A stretch of 47,026 nt of DNA from a virus (taxonomy: Duplodnaviria; Heunggongvirae; Uroviricota; Caudoviricetes). The position numbers and the translations under genes were made by a program. The notes below the pieces were generated by a model. The model saw only the letters and a program-made list of their open reading frames with translations, searched no databases and was not told the origin of the DNA. The stretch covers positions 128,001-175,026 of the IMG/VR virus record IMGVR_UViG_3300021256_000003; one strand, written 5' to 3'. This document shows positions 23,351-32,081 of the stretch, one piece after another (positions within the stretch are counted from its first letter, which is position 1; each line of letters opens with the position of its first letter).

Positions 23351-23386
23351 ACCTCGCTGCCTACGGGTGGCGAGGTTTTCTTTTTT
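23351..23386 (+). terminator. Intrinsic terminator
   Basis: ACCTCGCTGCC-TACG-GGTGGCGAGGT then T-tract. Confidence 0.8.
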
Positions 23387-23930
23387 CCAACAAGATAGTT
23401 TAGTCTCATTAACTAGTCACATTAATATTCAATCCAGCACAATAACTAGTCAAATGTATATAAGAATTAGAATTAGAGCAGTGTATGTATACTGCGAATA
23501 CGGTCGAGTATAAATCGTATTAATTAAATTCGCGTAAAAATCTTATGCGTTAATAGGTAGAATATCTTGGAACTTTCATTCCGTCAAGAGAAGGTAACTA
23601 TTTAACACATAAGTCGCCTCCAGATCTGCAGTTGGAGGTGTATAGATATAAAAAGGAATGAACGGAGTAATCTCACGAAATTTAGAGATAATCGTGCAAC
23701 TCACACGTTACTGTTATTAATAACTTTTATAGAATAAACGGCTATAAGAGGTTGATACAGTAGACAAGTCAGCCGTTTATTGATTTGTCTTAACTCTTAT
23801 GGTGAATTGGAGAATTTGCATCGCGACATAAGAGTTTTTCTTCTAGACACGTAGAGAATATTGTCTAGAGGAACTATTCCCTCTACATGAGGGGGGGGAG
23901 ATCATAAAAATTTAAAAAAATAAATTAAAA

Positions 23931-24461
23931 ATGGCACAAGTAAAACAAGAAAAAGCCTATATCGAAACCGTTCTCGGACGGAACGATAAGGTCGCTGAGA
24001 ACCAGGCTTGGTCTGGCAGCGTAAGAAACATCGATGGCGCCGAGAACGCACGTAAGGGTGATTCCTTTGTGATTCCTGCCAATCCTATTATCTGTGAAAC
24101 TGAACTCAACGGCAATCCCTATCAGTATTGCATTGTTGAGCTTACCAAAGCAGGTGGTGAAAAGGTTCCCATGCGCTTCTTCCCGAACATGCTGGCAAAG
24201 GTTGCCATGTCTCGCGATGCCGAGGGTAACACTCTTGGCCGTGTGAAGACCAGTGGCAGTGCTGCTGCTAAGTTCCAGGAGTTCCTTGGTCAGGAAAATT
24301 CCATGCAGAAAGCTATGGACGCTCTTGCTGGTAAGACCATTAAGGTTTCCGACGAGCAGGAAGTGAGCATTCTTCCGTATGGCAAGAGCCAGGCCGATCT
24401 GAAGAAGGGTGATGCTGTTCTTCAGAAAACTCGCGTCTTCGTTTACGATTTGGTTGCTTAA
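23931..24461 (+). CDS. Early hypothetical protein
   Basis: 176 aa ORF, A-rich leader, biased codon usage. Confidence 0.8.
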   Translation: MAQVKQEKAYIETVLGRNDKVAENQAWSGSVRNIDGAENARKGDSFVIPANPIICETELNGNPYQYCIVELTKAGGEKVPMRFFPNMLAKVAMSRDAEGNTLGRVKTSGSAAAKFQEFLGQENSMQKAMDALAGKTIKVSDEQEVSILPYGKSQADLKKGDAVLQKTRVFVYDLVA

Positions 24462-24490
24462 GCCAATCGTTGTGGTTTAACAAGTTAGGG

Positions 24491-24532
24491 AAAAGAGAGA
24501 CTATGTATTAATTTATGTAGTCTCTCTTTTTT
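24491..24532 (+). terminator. Intrinsic terminator
   Basis: AAAAGAGAGACTATGTA...TATGTAGTCTCTCTTTTTT. Confidence 0.75.
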
Positions 24533-24538
24533 AAATCT

Positions 24539-24736
24539 ATGAAGAAAAATCTAATAACAATTTATGGCGAAAAGAGAGGTAATTATATATTAACACCTCA
24601 TTTTCGTAGATATTATTTAGATTTTGAACATTCTAAAACACAATTCTTTGAAAATCAACAAGTTGCATATTGGCAACTTCAGAGAGTTCAATCTGGCCAA
24701 TATCAGATCGTAGGTCGAATATTTGCACAATCGTAG
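24539..24736 (+). CDS. Hypothetical protein
   Basis: 65 aa ORF ending TAG TGA. Confidence 0.5.
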   Translation: MKKNLITIYGEKRGNYILTPHFRRYYLDFEHSKTQFFENQQVAYWQLQRVQSGQYQIVGRIFAQS

Positions 24737-25196
24737 TGAATATATTGTGTAAGTACTAGTTGAAAAGACACAATAAATGAAGTAGAATATGTAGTTAGAT
24801 ATGCTCATTTCAAATTAGCTTTAAAAACACTTCTTAAAGTCAATAATTGATCTGACATGACAAAATGTCAGTTTTCATGACATAGAAGTATTATTGAAGA
24901 TATTTGAATGTGTATATACTGACAAGCATATGACAATTTGTCAAAATGATAGTTAAAGATGTCATTTTGAAAAAATTTTTAGAAATAATTTTGATGAAAA
25001 GGGAAGAGAAAGAGAGGACATGACCATCTTCTACCTTTATCCTTATTTCCTCAATTTTTTATTTTTTTACCAAATTGTCGGCTATACATATCATACTTTA
25101 TTTTTCTTGATTAAGAAAGTCCTTTAATTTCCATGTAAAAATAGTAAACTTGCCAAGGGATTAATTTCCCTAAAAAGACCACGAGAGTTGGTGGTC

Positions 25197-25263
25197 TTTA
25201 TTTAATGCAGCCAATATATAATATTGAGAGTCCAAAGCCTCTATAAATTGCAGATGGAATAAA
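25197..25263 (+). ncRNA. Twister ribozyme (P1 type)
   Basis: P1 TTTATT/AATAAA, TAA, P2 TGCA/TGCA, GC, P3 CAATAT/ATATTG, P4 AGAG/CTCT with loop TCCAAAGC, GA-TGG pseudoknot partner. Confidence 0.8.
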
Positions 25264-25292
25264 CACATTATCAACTCAAATCAGTAAGCACA

Positions 25293-25493
25293 ATGGCAAA
25301 TAAAAAATTTAATGGAGATATTCATATTTCCAGAAAAACAGTAATAGGAGAATCTTCTAATGCTGCAAAAATAGCACGTCAAGATATGCAGAAAGAGCAT
25401 ATTACGCCTCTCACTGAGAAGGAAGTATTTACTCCTGAAGAATTGGACGAACTTTATGCTCATGATCCTGATGAGCCTTGGTGGAACAGATAA
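25293..25493 (+). CDS. Hypothetical protein
   Basis: 66 aa ORF ending PWWNR. Confidence 0.6.
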   Translation: MANKKFNGDIHISRKTVIGESSNAAKIARQDMQKEHITPLTEKEVFTPEELDELYAHDPDEPWWNR

Positions 25494-25505
25494 AATTTAA
25501 AAGCT

Positions 25506-25730
25506 ATGAAATATATTATGTATATTATTGCAGTAATTGTCTGTATTCCCATTGCAATTTTTGAAACTATTTGGGAATTATCTCATTTTCTTTTTGGGTG
25601 TATTTTACTTATCTTAACAATTTGGTTTTATCCATTTTGGAAGGCAAAGTATCAAAATTTTCTTTATGCTTGTTTAAATATTGAATTTGTGTTGGTAAGT
25701 CAAGTTTGGAGGAAATATACTTCTAAATAA
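25506..25730 (+). CDS. Small membrane protein
   Basis: Hydrophobic 74 aa ORF. Confidence 0.6.
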   Translation: MKYIMYIIAVIVCIPIAIFETIWELSHFLFGCILLILTIWFYPFWKAKYQNFLYACLNIEFVLVSQVWRKYTSK

Positions 25731-25738
25731 TAAATCAA

Positions 25739-25963
25739 ATGAATATCATCGATATTATTAAGGCATCTGTAAAAGATCCAAGAGAAGTAGATCAAATCAT
25801 AAGTAGCTTATATGTTCCAGTTCAATGGCCAGAATCTCAATCTTTAATGGAAAAAGAGGGATTTTTAGAGAACTGTCATCTTATTAATGATACTACAGGT
25901 TATCAGCAATTTGGTGATAGTGCCTATATGGTCAATCTAAAGTGGTTAAACTCTTTGTCGTAA
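25739..25963 (+). CDS. Hypothetical protein
   Basis: 74 aa ORF, VQWPESQ..M...GF..NC.LIND. Confidence 0.65.
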   Translation: MNIIDIIKASVKDPREVDQIISSLYVPVQWPESQSLMEKEGFLENCHLINDTTGYQQFGDSAYMVNLKWLNSLS

Positions 25964-26202
25964 GGAGTATAAAATGAACTTGGTTAGTCACTAGGATACG
26001 ACTATGTGCATTTCTTATTCTGACGTAAAGCATATTCAGAATAAGAACAAGGATTAATATTAAATAGTTTAGCTTGTTTATAGTAGGTGAATAATAGTAG
26101 CTGAATTCTTTAAAACAAGACTGGTAAGTGATGAACCAGAATACAAGAAATCACAGTTCTAGGATAAAAATATAAGTCTCTAACCTAGTAGAGTAAAAGA
26201 CA

Positions 26203-26463
26203 ATGATTAAGTACGGCAAAAAAGAACGTATTGGAGATTACACTTTCACTCATGAAACCCATAAAGAAGTGCCTGAAGGCTGGACTATCCAGACTAAAGG
26301 AAATCGTCACGGCCAAATTGAGGATATGAGTCCTCGCCAGGTCGACGGTGTGGATCTCTACAGTAAGTATTATCATCGAGACGCAAGGACATTTGTCCCG
26401 AAGTATCTTGCTGATGTGCTCGCCCTGAACGCTCGTCGATTGGCTCGAGCTATGAACAAATAA
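26203..26463 (+). CDS. Hypothetical protein
   Basis: 86 aa ORF. Confidence 0.65.
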   Translation: MIKYGKKERIGDYTFTHETHKEVPEGWTIQTKGNRHGQIEDMSPRQVDGVDLYSKYYHRDARTFVPKYLADVLALNARRLARAMNK

Positions 26464-26930
26464 GCTAATAGGTCACCAAAAAACTCAATATAAAATATTC
26501 CGAAAGAAAAGAAAGGCTGGTGAGATAGTATCAAATAGCCAGAAGAACATAGCCGCGGAATTTCCAAGATGTTGAGGACGCCAGTTTCTTAGACTTACAT
26601 AAGTAAGAAGAGGATGAAAACTCTATAAAAGAGATAATATATTACCTGTTCTAAGTTTTAGGCGTAAAACACAAAATACTCAAAATTTTTACTTGTAGAA
26701 TAAATAACTGTATAATGTCTACGAGGTCCAAGTTAGTTGATGAGAACTAGCCTGCGCAGCTAGTGCATGTAGTGATTAACATATTATCATATAGTTGCAA
26801 ATGTATGATAACTAACGGGCAATGTTTGTAGAAGAATTTCACCATAAATGCCAAACTAGTAGCATTTATTAGGTATTAAAAAAGGAGATGAACAGTAAGC
26901 CTTTTATTTTTTTAACAGCAACTTAAGAAT

Positions 26931-27116
26931 ATGGAAATAAATAAGGACAAAGCAATTTCTAATATAAAAGATGAGTATGCAGCTCATTGTACAAGAATAG
27001 TACAATCATTAATTGACCATTTAGCGTATTCAGTTGCCGACATTGAAAGTTGGGATGAATTAACTGAAGCGGAGAAGAAAATTATTCCAAAAGAAATTTT
27101 TGATAATTTTGTTTAA
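26931..27116 (+). CDS. Hypothetical protein
   Basis: 61 aa ORF. Confidence 0.55.
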   Translation: MEINKDKAISNIKDEYAAHCTRIVQSLIDHLAYSVADIESWDELTEAEKKIIPKEIFDNFV

Positions 27117-27117
27117 T

Positions 27118-27471
27118 ATGGAATATACCTGTAAAATCTGTGGTAAAACAGATGAATCCGATCATTGGGTAAATGGTCAAGAAATGCTTGATAACAAACT
27201 TTGTTTTGATTGTAATTTTTGGATGAGTCATCATAAAGATGATATGACTAATCGTAAAGATCATAAGTTTGTTATTGCAAGTGGTGTTCATTATGTAATT
27301 GAACCCGAAGACTCAAAAGAAACTTATTTTAGAGGTTTCGGTGGTGCTAAAGTAGAAATTCATTTCTTTGATGGCACTATTGTTACTTCTACTAATCTGT
27401 GGTGTAATGGCGATGTCCCTGAAAGATTTAAGAATATTATGCCTGATAACGCAACTATAAAATGGTTATAA
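27118..27471 (+). CDS. Hypothetical protein with CxxC pairs
   Basis: MEYTCKICG...CFDCNFW...RGFGG...F.DG...STNLW..G.VP. Confidence 0.7.
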   Translation: MEYTCKICGKTDESDHWVNGQEMLDNKLCFDCNFWMSHHKDDMTNRKDHKFVIASGVHYVIEPEDSKETYFRGFGGAKVEIHFFDGTIVTSTNLWCNGDVPERFKNIMPDNATIKWL

Positions 27472-27472
27472 A

Positions 27473-27744
27473 ATGACTTTTAAAGATTTAAAATTTAAAC
27501 CACATCCATTAGCTCCAATGTTTAGTGAACAAGCTAAGCATAATTTTCCTAATGGTTATGGAGTATCCGTCATAAATGGAGTCATGCTTATTGTGATGCT
27601 AATACTTACGAAGTTGCTATCATGAAAGATGGCTCTTGTTGTTATACTACTCCTCTTACTAACGACGTATTGGGTTATCAAACTCCTGATGATATCGATA
27701 AGATCTTGAAGGAAGTTGAAACCTATAAAGAAAATGAATTTTAA
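27473..27744 (+). pseudogene. Frameshifted hypothetical gene (or sequence error)
   Basis: MTFKDLKF...FPNGYGVSVING continues as SHAYCDANTYEVAIM...DVLGYQT only after a frameshift near 27580. Confidence 0.6.
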
Positions 27745-27839
27745 GTGTCTCGTTCGCACATAGGCAACAAAATCTAAGAGTAATCTTAGTTGGCAGCTCG
27801 GAATAGACGAGCTTTTTATTAACATTAAAACCCACAATC

Positions 27840-27968
27840 ATGAAAGAAGAAGAATTCAAAATCATCCACAAAAAGCGTATTCGTAGAACAAAAGCTTCGA
27901 AAAAACCGCAATTGACCGAAGAAGAACGTCAATTTATCAACGAACATAGAATTAACTGGAACCTTTAA
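27840..27968 (+). CDS. Small basic hypothetical protein (42 aa)
   Basis: Shares the TTAAAA(A)CCC(C)ACAA-ATGAAAGAA leader with the next gene. Confidence 0.5.
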   Translation: MKEEEFKIIHKKRIRRTKASKKPQLTEEERQFINEHRINWNL

Positions 27969-27981
27969 AAACCCCACAACA

Positions 27982-28284
27982 ATGAAAGAATTAATTGAAA
28001 TGATCATCGGCAATATTTCTCAGAATAAGTTTATTGAAACAATCAATGAACTTTGCACTATAGAGCCTAGTGACTCTGAAAAAGAAGTTGAAGAAAAGCG
28101 TCAGAAACTGCTTGCTCTTATGATGATGCGTGTTAAAACGGATCTGCAGAAAGAAGCTGAAAATGACCCGAAACTTGCCGAAAGCCTCAAAATGGCAAAA
28201 ACCGCAGCTGAAAACGCTGAAAATGAACGTAATGCGGACGACTTTGTCCGTAATGTTAAAGAGCTTTTCAAAAAGGAGGAATAA
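27982..28284 (+). CDS. Hypothetical helical protein
   Basis: 100 aa ORF. Confidence 0.7.
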   Translation: MKELIEMIIGNISQNKFIETINELCTIEPSDSEKEVEEKRQKLLALMMMRVKTDLQKEAENDPKLAESLKMAKTAAENAENERNADDFVRNVKELFKKEE

Positions 28285-28688
28285 TGGGTTATACTCGGAT
28301 TACTCCTGATAAACTTACTGAACAGCTTAATACTATTCGGCAAGTTGTTGAAAAGAATCCCGCGCTTAACTCTAAAAGATTTACTCGCACTGAATTATTA
28401 GAACTTCTGGGAAAGAACGGACTTAATGTAAATCCTGTTCTTTGGTCTTGCTTGAAAGAAGTTTTTCATTGCGAGAAAATCAATGGAGTGAATACTTGGA
28501 CATTTCAAAGAAATGACCGAGGAACTCTTCCTATCTATAAGGGAGTGATTGAGTCAGTTGTTATGAATTATCGTAAGAAAATGAATGACAAGAAATCTCA
28601 ATCACTCTCTGTGGATTCTGCTATCAAACTTCTTAAAAGTAAAGGCTACAAAATTCAGAAGCCGGTTATATCTTATAAGGAGATTTAG
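28284..28688 (+). CDS. Hypothetical protein; TAG apparently used as stop
   Basis: 134 aa ORF ending AIKLLKSKGYKI.KP...YKEI*, next ATG 2 nt later. Confidence 0.75.
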   Translation: MGYTRITPDKLTEQLNTIRQVVEKNPALNSKRFTRTELLELLGKNGLNVNPVLWSCLKEVFHCEKINGVNTWTFQRNDRGTLPIYKGVIESVVMNYRKKMNDKKSQSLSVDSAIKLLKSKGYKIQKPVISYKEI

Positions 28689-28690
28689 TT

Positions 28691-28966
28691 ATGCAACCTA
28701 GTAAAAATCTGAATGATACTTTGGATTCTGTAAAGGAAATCTCTGAATTGTATAAAACCAAAACTATCTGTTTTTCTTGTGATGATGAAGTATTAGGAGC
28801 ATGTCATACTCTTGATACTATTGAGGACTTTGAACGTATGTCTCATGCGATTTATACATTTCTTGAAAGTTCGCTCCATGGGGATTCTACTCAACACAAC
28901 ATTTCAGGAGTTTTGATTAATGCAGTCATGAATTTCTTGACAAAGCATCCAGAAATACTCTTCTAA
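28691..28966 (+). CDS. Hypothetical protein
   Basis: 91 aa ORF. Confidence 0.65.
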   Translation: MQPSKNLNDTLDSVKEISELYKTKTICFSCDDEVLGACHTLDTIEDFERMSHAIYTFLESSLHGDSTQHNISGVLINAVMNFLTKHPEILF

Positions 28967-29196
28967 GCAATAAAGTAATTTCAGAAAACATTTTGATCAT
29001 CAAGGTTACAATAGGAATCGATGGTCTAAGATAACGGCTTAATCGTGCTGTTTGCAGTATCATGATAAAGTTTGTACAAAAGGAAGATTGAATATGTTGA
29101 TTTTATATTTGTTGCTTGTAGGAAGACATTATACAAAAACACTGTGATGATTTGAGTATAATTGATTTTTCTACGTAAACTGTCTTGTGCAGTTAA

Positions 29197-29293
29197 ACTA
29201 GTAGCCACTAAGTATTATTACTTAGCTGAACGGAATCAGGTATCTAGATGGTATTTGATTGGAATATGAAGGTTCGACTCCTTCCTACTAGTC
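29197..29293 (+). ncRNA. tRNA-like RNA with elongated D and anticodon arms
   Basis: ACTAGTAG/CTACTAGT acceptor, T arm GAAGG-TTCGACT-CCTTC, 11-bp central stem. Confidence 0.6.
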
Positions 29294-29438
29294 TACTATT
29301 ATGCGTAAATGATGTGTTGATTGTGGGAAGGCTAGTCTAATAAGAGAAATCAAGTTAGGCTAGTCTTTTATTTTGAAAGTTCTTTAAATTTATATATTAT
29401 AAATTAGATAAATATTTGTTTAACTAAATTTTTATATT

Positions 29439-29819
29439 ATGTTAGAATTATTTAAATCTGATTTATAGATATGTGAAGAATATTCAAAATTTATTAATAA
29501 TCGATATTTCAGAAAAGCATGGTGGAATGTAGGTTTTACATCTAAAAGAGAATAGGAATTACATTATGAAAATACTCCTCGTCCTTGTATAGTGATGAGG
29601 CCAGTACGTAATACTTTTCCAGCATATCTTGCTTATTATATTTTAAAGCATAAATTAAATGCTTATGATGCTAGGTAGTATGTTAAAGGATGTATAAACT
29701 CTGCGAAAAAGAAATATCCAACAAAAGCTCTAAAAAATTGGATTAGAAGTGAAGTTGATAGGTATTTACAATTATATACTAATTCAACTTATCCTCAATT
29801 ATATAAACATTTTAAATGA
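29439..29819 (+). CDS. Hypothetical protein (126 aa, 3 TAG=Gln)
   Basis: Open only under TAG=Gln; ATGA overlap with next gene. Confidence 0.65.
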
Positions 29820-29980
29820 AAGCAAAAGACTTGCGAGTTGGAAATGTTTTCTTATATAACAAAATTAAATATAGAGTTATGGAGAAAATGATTTCTGATA
29901 TAAAAACATGGAACTTTACATTTAACAAGTGGTCTAGAGTTCCTAACTCAGTAACAGTTAAAAAGATTTCACAGCTATGA
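29816..29980 (+). CDS. Small hypothetical protein (MKAKDLRVGN...)
   Basis: 54 aa, ATGA-coupled on both sides. Confidence 0.5.
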   Translation: MKAKDLRVGNVFLYNKIKYRVMEKMISDIKTWNFTFNKWSRVPNSVTVKKISQL

Positions 29981-30094
29981 TAGATATATTTGATATTATC
30001 TTGATTGTATTATTAGGATTAACCTGTCTTGGTACACTTACCTTGGCAGGTTTAATTTTATATGATATAATCAAAAACAAACATAATCCGCTTA

Positions 30095-30334
30095 ATGATT
30101 TGTGATGATGTACTAGATTTTGTAAATCCTATTATTGACATTCTTCAGAGATGTTATAATAAAGGACAGCAAAATCTATGGCATAAAGCTTCTGATGGTT
30201 TACCAACTATCCAAGGAAATTATCTTGTATATACTAAAAAGTATGGTTATTTTGTAGCTACATTAGATAGTATATGGGATGATGTTGAATACTGGATGAG
30301 AATAGTAGATCCTACTCAAATAGATCAATTGTAA
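30095..30334 (+). CDS. DUF551-like hypothetical protein
   Basis: WHKASDGLP...YLV...V.YWM.I pattern. Confidence 0.55.
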   Translation: MICDDVLDFVNPIIDILQRCYNKGQQNLWHKASDGLPTIQGNYLVYTKKYGYFVATLDSIWDDVEYWMRIVDPTQIDQL

Positions 30335-30346
30335 AAACAATTATAA

Positions 30347-30784
30347 TTGACTATTATGTCTGACACAATTGGTGAAAATAAAATTAAACTAATATCTGAT
30401 ATCCTACAAAACCTGGAATTAGATGAAATTCATAAACTCTTTGAAGATAATCATTGGACATGGTGGAATATTGGTGTTCCTAGTAAAGCAACTATTGCTA
30501 AGGAAATTAGTGACAATCTCTCATCAGTATATGATAGAGGTGTAGCTTATCTTCAAAATAGAGTGAAAGCTTATCAAGTGTTTCATACAGATTGCCCGAA
30601 TGATATAGCCTTAAGAAATATTTTAGAAGATGAGGGCTATACTATATTTCGTATAGAAACTGGACGATTTGAATATCGATATAATCTTGAACGGGAGGAT
30701 TCTACCATTCGAGAAATTCTTGAAGTTAGACTTGTTCCTATTTCTGTAGAATCTTGGAGTGACGAAATAAACAATATCAAATGA
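30347..30784 (+). CDS. Hypothetical protein
   Basis: 145 aa ORF. Confidence 0.65.
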   Translation: MTIMSDTIGENKIKLISDILQNLELDEIHKLFEDNHWTWWNIGVPSKATIAKEISDNLSSVYDRGVAYLQNRVKAYQVFHTDCPNDIALRNILEDEGYTIFRIETGRFEYRYNLEREDSTIREILEVRLVPISVESWSDEINNIK

Positions 30785-31146
30785 TACAGATAGGTAGTTG
30801 GATGTTATTCCAAGACAAGGAAGGTAATTGGAAAGAGAGTCAGGTAACTCTTCTTAATGATGAAGGAGATATATTTTATGAGTTAGGATGTCCTAATGAT
30901 GTAAAACCTATTCCTTTAACCGAAGAAATTCTTTTAAATAACAATTTTGAAAAAGCTGATGAAATGTGTTTTATAGGACCTAATCATATATTGGTAACTC
31001 TTTTCCCAGATTATCCAGAAATGATTTACAATGTCCCTGATGCGTATACAGCAGTCAATTGTTATTATGTTCATACACTACAGTTTTATTATAAAGCTGC
31101 ATTTAATAAAGATTTAAAACTAATTTTTAATGGAAAGAATAATTAA
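30781..31146 (+). CDS. Hypothetical protein, paralog of 41447..41836
   Basis: IG.W...PIPLTEEIL..N.F...YVH.LQ shared. Confidence 0.7.
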   Translation: MIQIGSWMLFQDKEGNWKESQVTLLNDEGDIFYELGCPNDVKPIPLTEEILLNNNFEKADEMCFIGPNHILVTLFPDYPEMIYNVPDAYTAVNCYYVHTLQFYYKAAFNKDLKLIFNGKNN

Positions 31147-31804
31147 TGAAATCCACGAAGAGGATGGTTCTCCCAAGGCTGAAATGGCTGTCGAAAGCCC
31201 TTCTATTATAGAGCAATGTACTGAAAACTCTTCAAAAGATGAAGACGAAGATGAAGAAGAGAATGTCGAAGAGAGACCTTCACCTGATGCAGGAGTTGGA
31301 GATTACGTTGTAATTGATCGATTTCGGGAATATGATGAATCCCAATATAGATGTTCTTTTACTGAAGAAATGGTAGATCAATACGGCAATAAAGTATTGG
31401 TTGTAAAACGTAATTTGTTTGATGGAAAAGATAACGATTGTGTTGAAGATGATTGTCACAAGTATGATTTAGTTGACTTGTATGGCCGAAATATAATGTA
31501 TACTTGGGCAAGTAGTATGTTTACTCGTATATCATCTCCTGAAGATATAAGACAAAGAACTCTTGAAGGTTTTAGTAGAGAATTACTTGCATTTCATCAT
31601 TTACTTGAAAATTACTTACTTAGTCCTTTAAAAGTCGGAGTCTATCAATCCAGCAAAATTTATAGTATTATGTTTGATGATAATAGTTGGCATGTTGAAA
31701 GTGACTGTAAAGGTGCTATCTTTAATTTCCCTGCCGAAGCTGAAGCTCTAACTTTCTACAGAAACAATTATCGTGATTTTCAAGTAGCAGGAAGACTATT
31801 TTAA
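31130..31804 (+). CDS. Hypothetical protein with acidic N-terminus
   Basis: 224 aa ORF. Confidence 0.7.
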   Translation: MERIINEIHEEDGSPKAEMAVESPSIIEQCTENSSKDEDEDEEENVEERPSPDAGVGDYVVIDRFREYDESQYRCSFTEEMVDQYGNKVLVVKRNLFDGKDNDCVEDDCHKYDLVDLYGRNIMYTWASSMFTRISSPEDIRQRTLEGFSRELLAFHHLLENYLLSPLKVGVYQSSKIYSIMFDDNSWHVESDCKGAIFNFPAEAEALTFYRNNYRDFQVAGRLF

Positions 31805-31805
31805 T

Positions 31806-32081
31806 ATGCAAGTTAATGTTGGCCAAATAGAAGACCAAGAGGTAATTTATATCCCTGAAAGAGATGTAATCTTTTGTAAGAATACAGTTGTTCCCTACAA
31901 TGTTATTCGTCTTCTCCTGAAAAGTTCTTCAAGTCGTGAAGAACTCCCTGAAAAAAATCTAGTAATTACTAAAAATAGTTCTAATGTTTCACTTGGTTGT
32001 TTAAATACAACTATGTCTAACATTTGGACTATTGATAAAAATATTAAAAACATAAAATCCTCATGGAAGAAAAGAAATTAA
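31806..32081 (+). CDS. Hypothetical protein coupled to the AAA ATPase
   Basis: 91 aa ORF. Confidence 0.65.
   Translation: MQVNVGQIEDQEVIYIPERDVIFCKNTVVPYNVIRLLLKSSSSREELPEKNLVITKNSSNVSLGCLNTTMSNIWTIDKNIKNIKSSWKKRN

Noticed and set aside
25460-25490. Hammerhead core (CTGATGA)
   Set aside because: Inside a CDS, without stem II-GAAA or flanking helices
26615-26700. Pistol ribozyme (CTC-TATAAAA-GAG...TAAG-TTTTA-GGCGT)
   Set aside because: Pseudoknot elements are suggestive, but the P3-GU-P2 junction does not fit the consensus; not called without a CM search
29230-29262. Second amber suppressor (CTA near the loop of the 29197 element)
   Set aside because: Stem geometry does not place CUA at positions 34-36 of a 7-nt loop; kept only as a tRNA-like RNA
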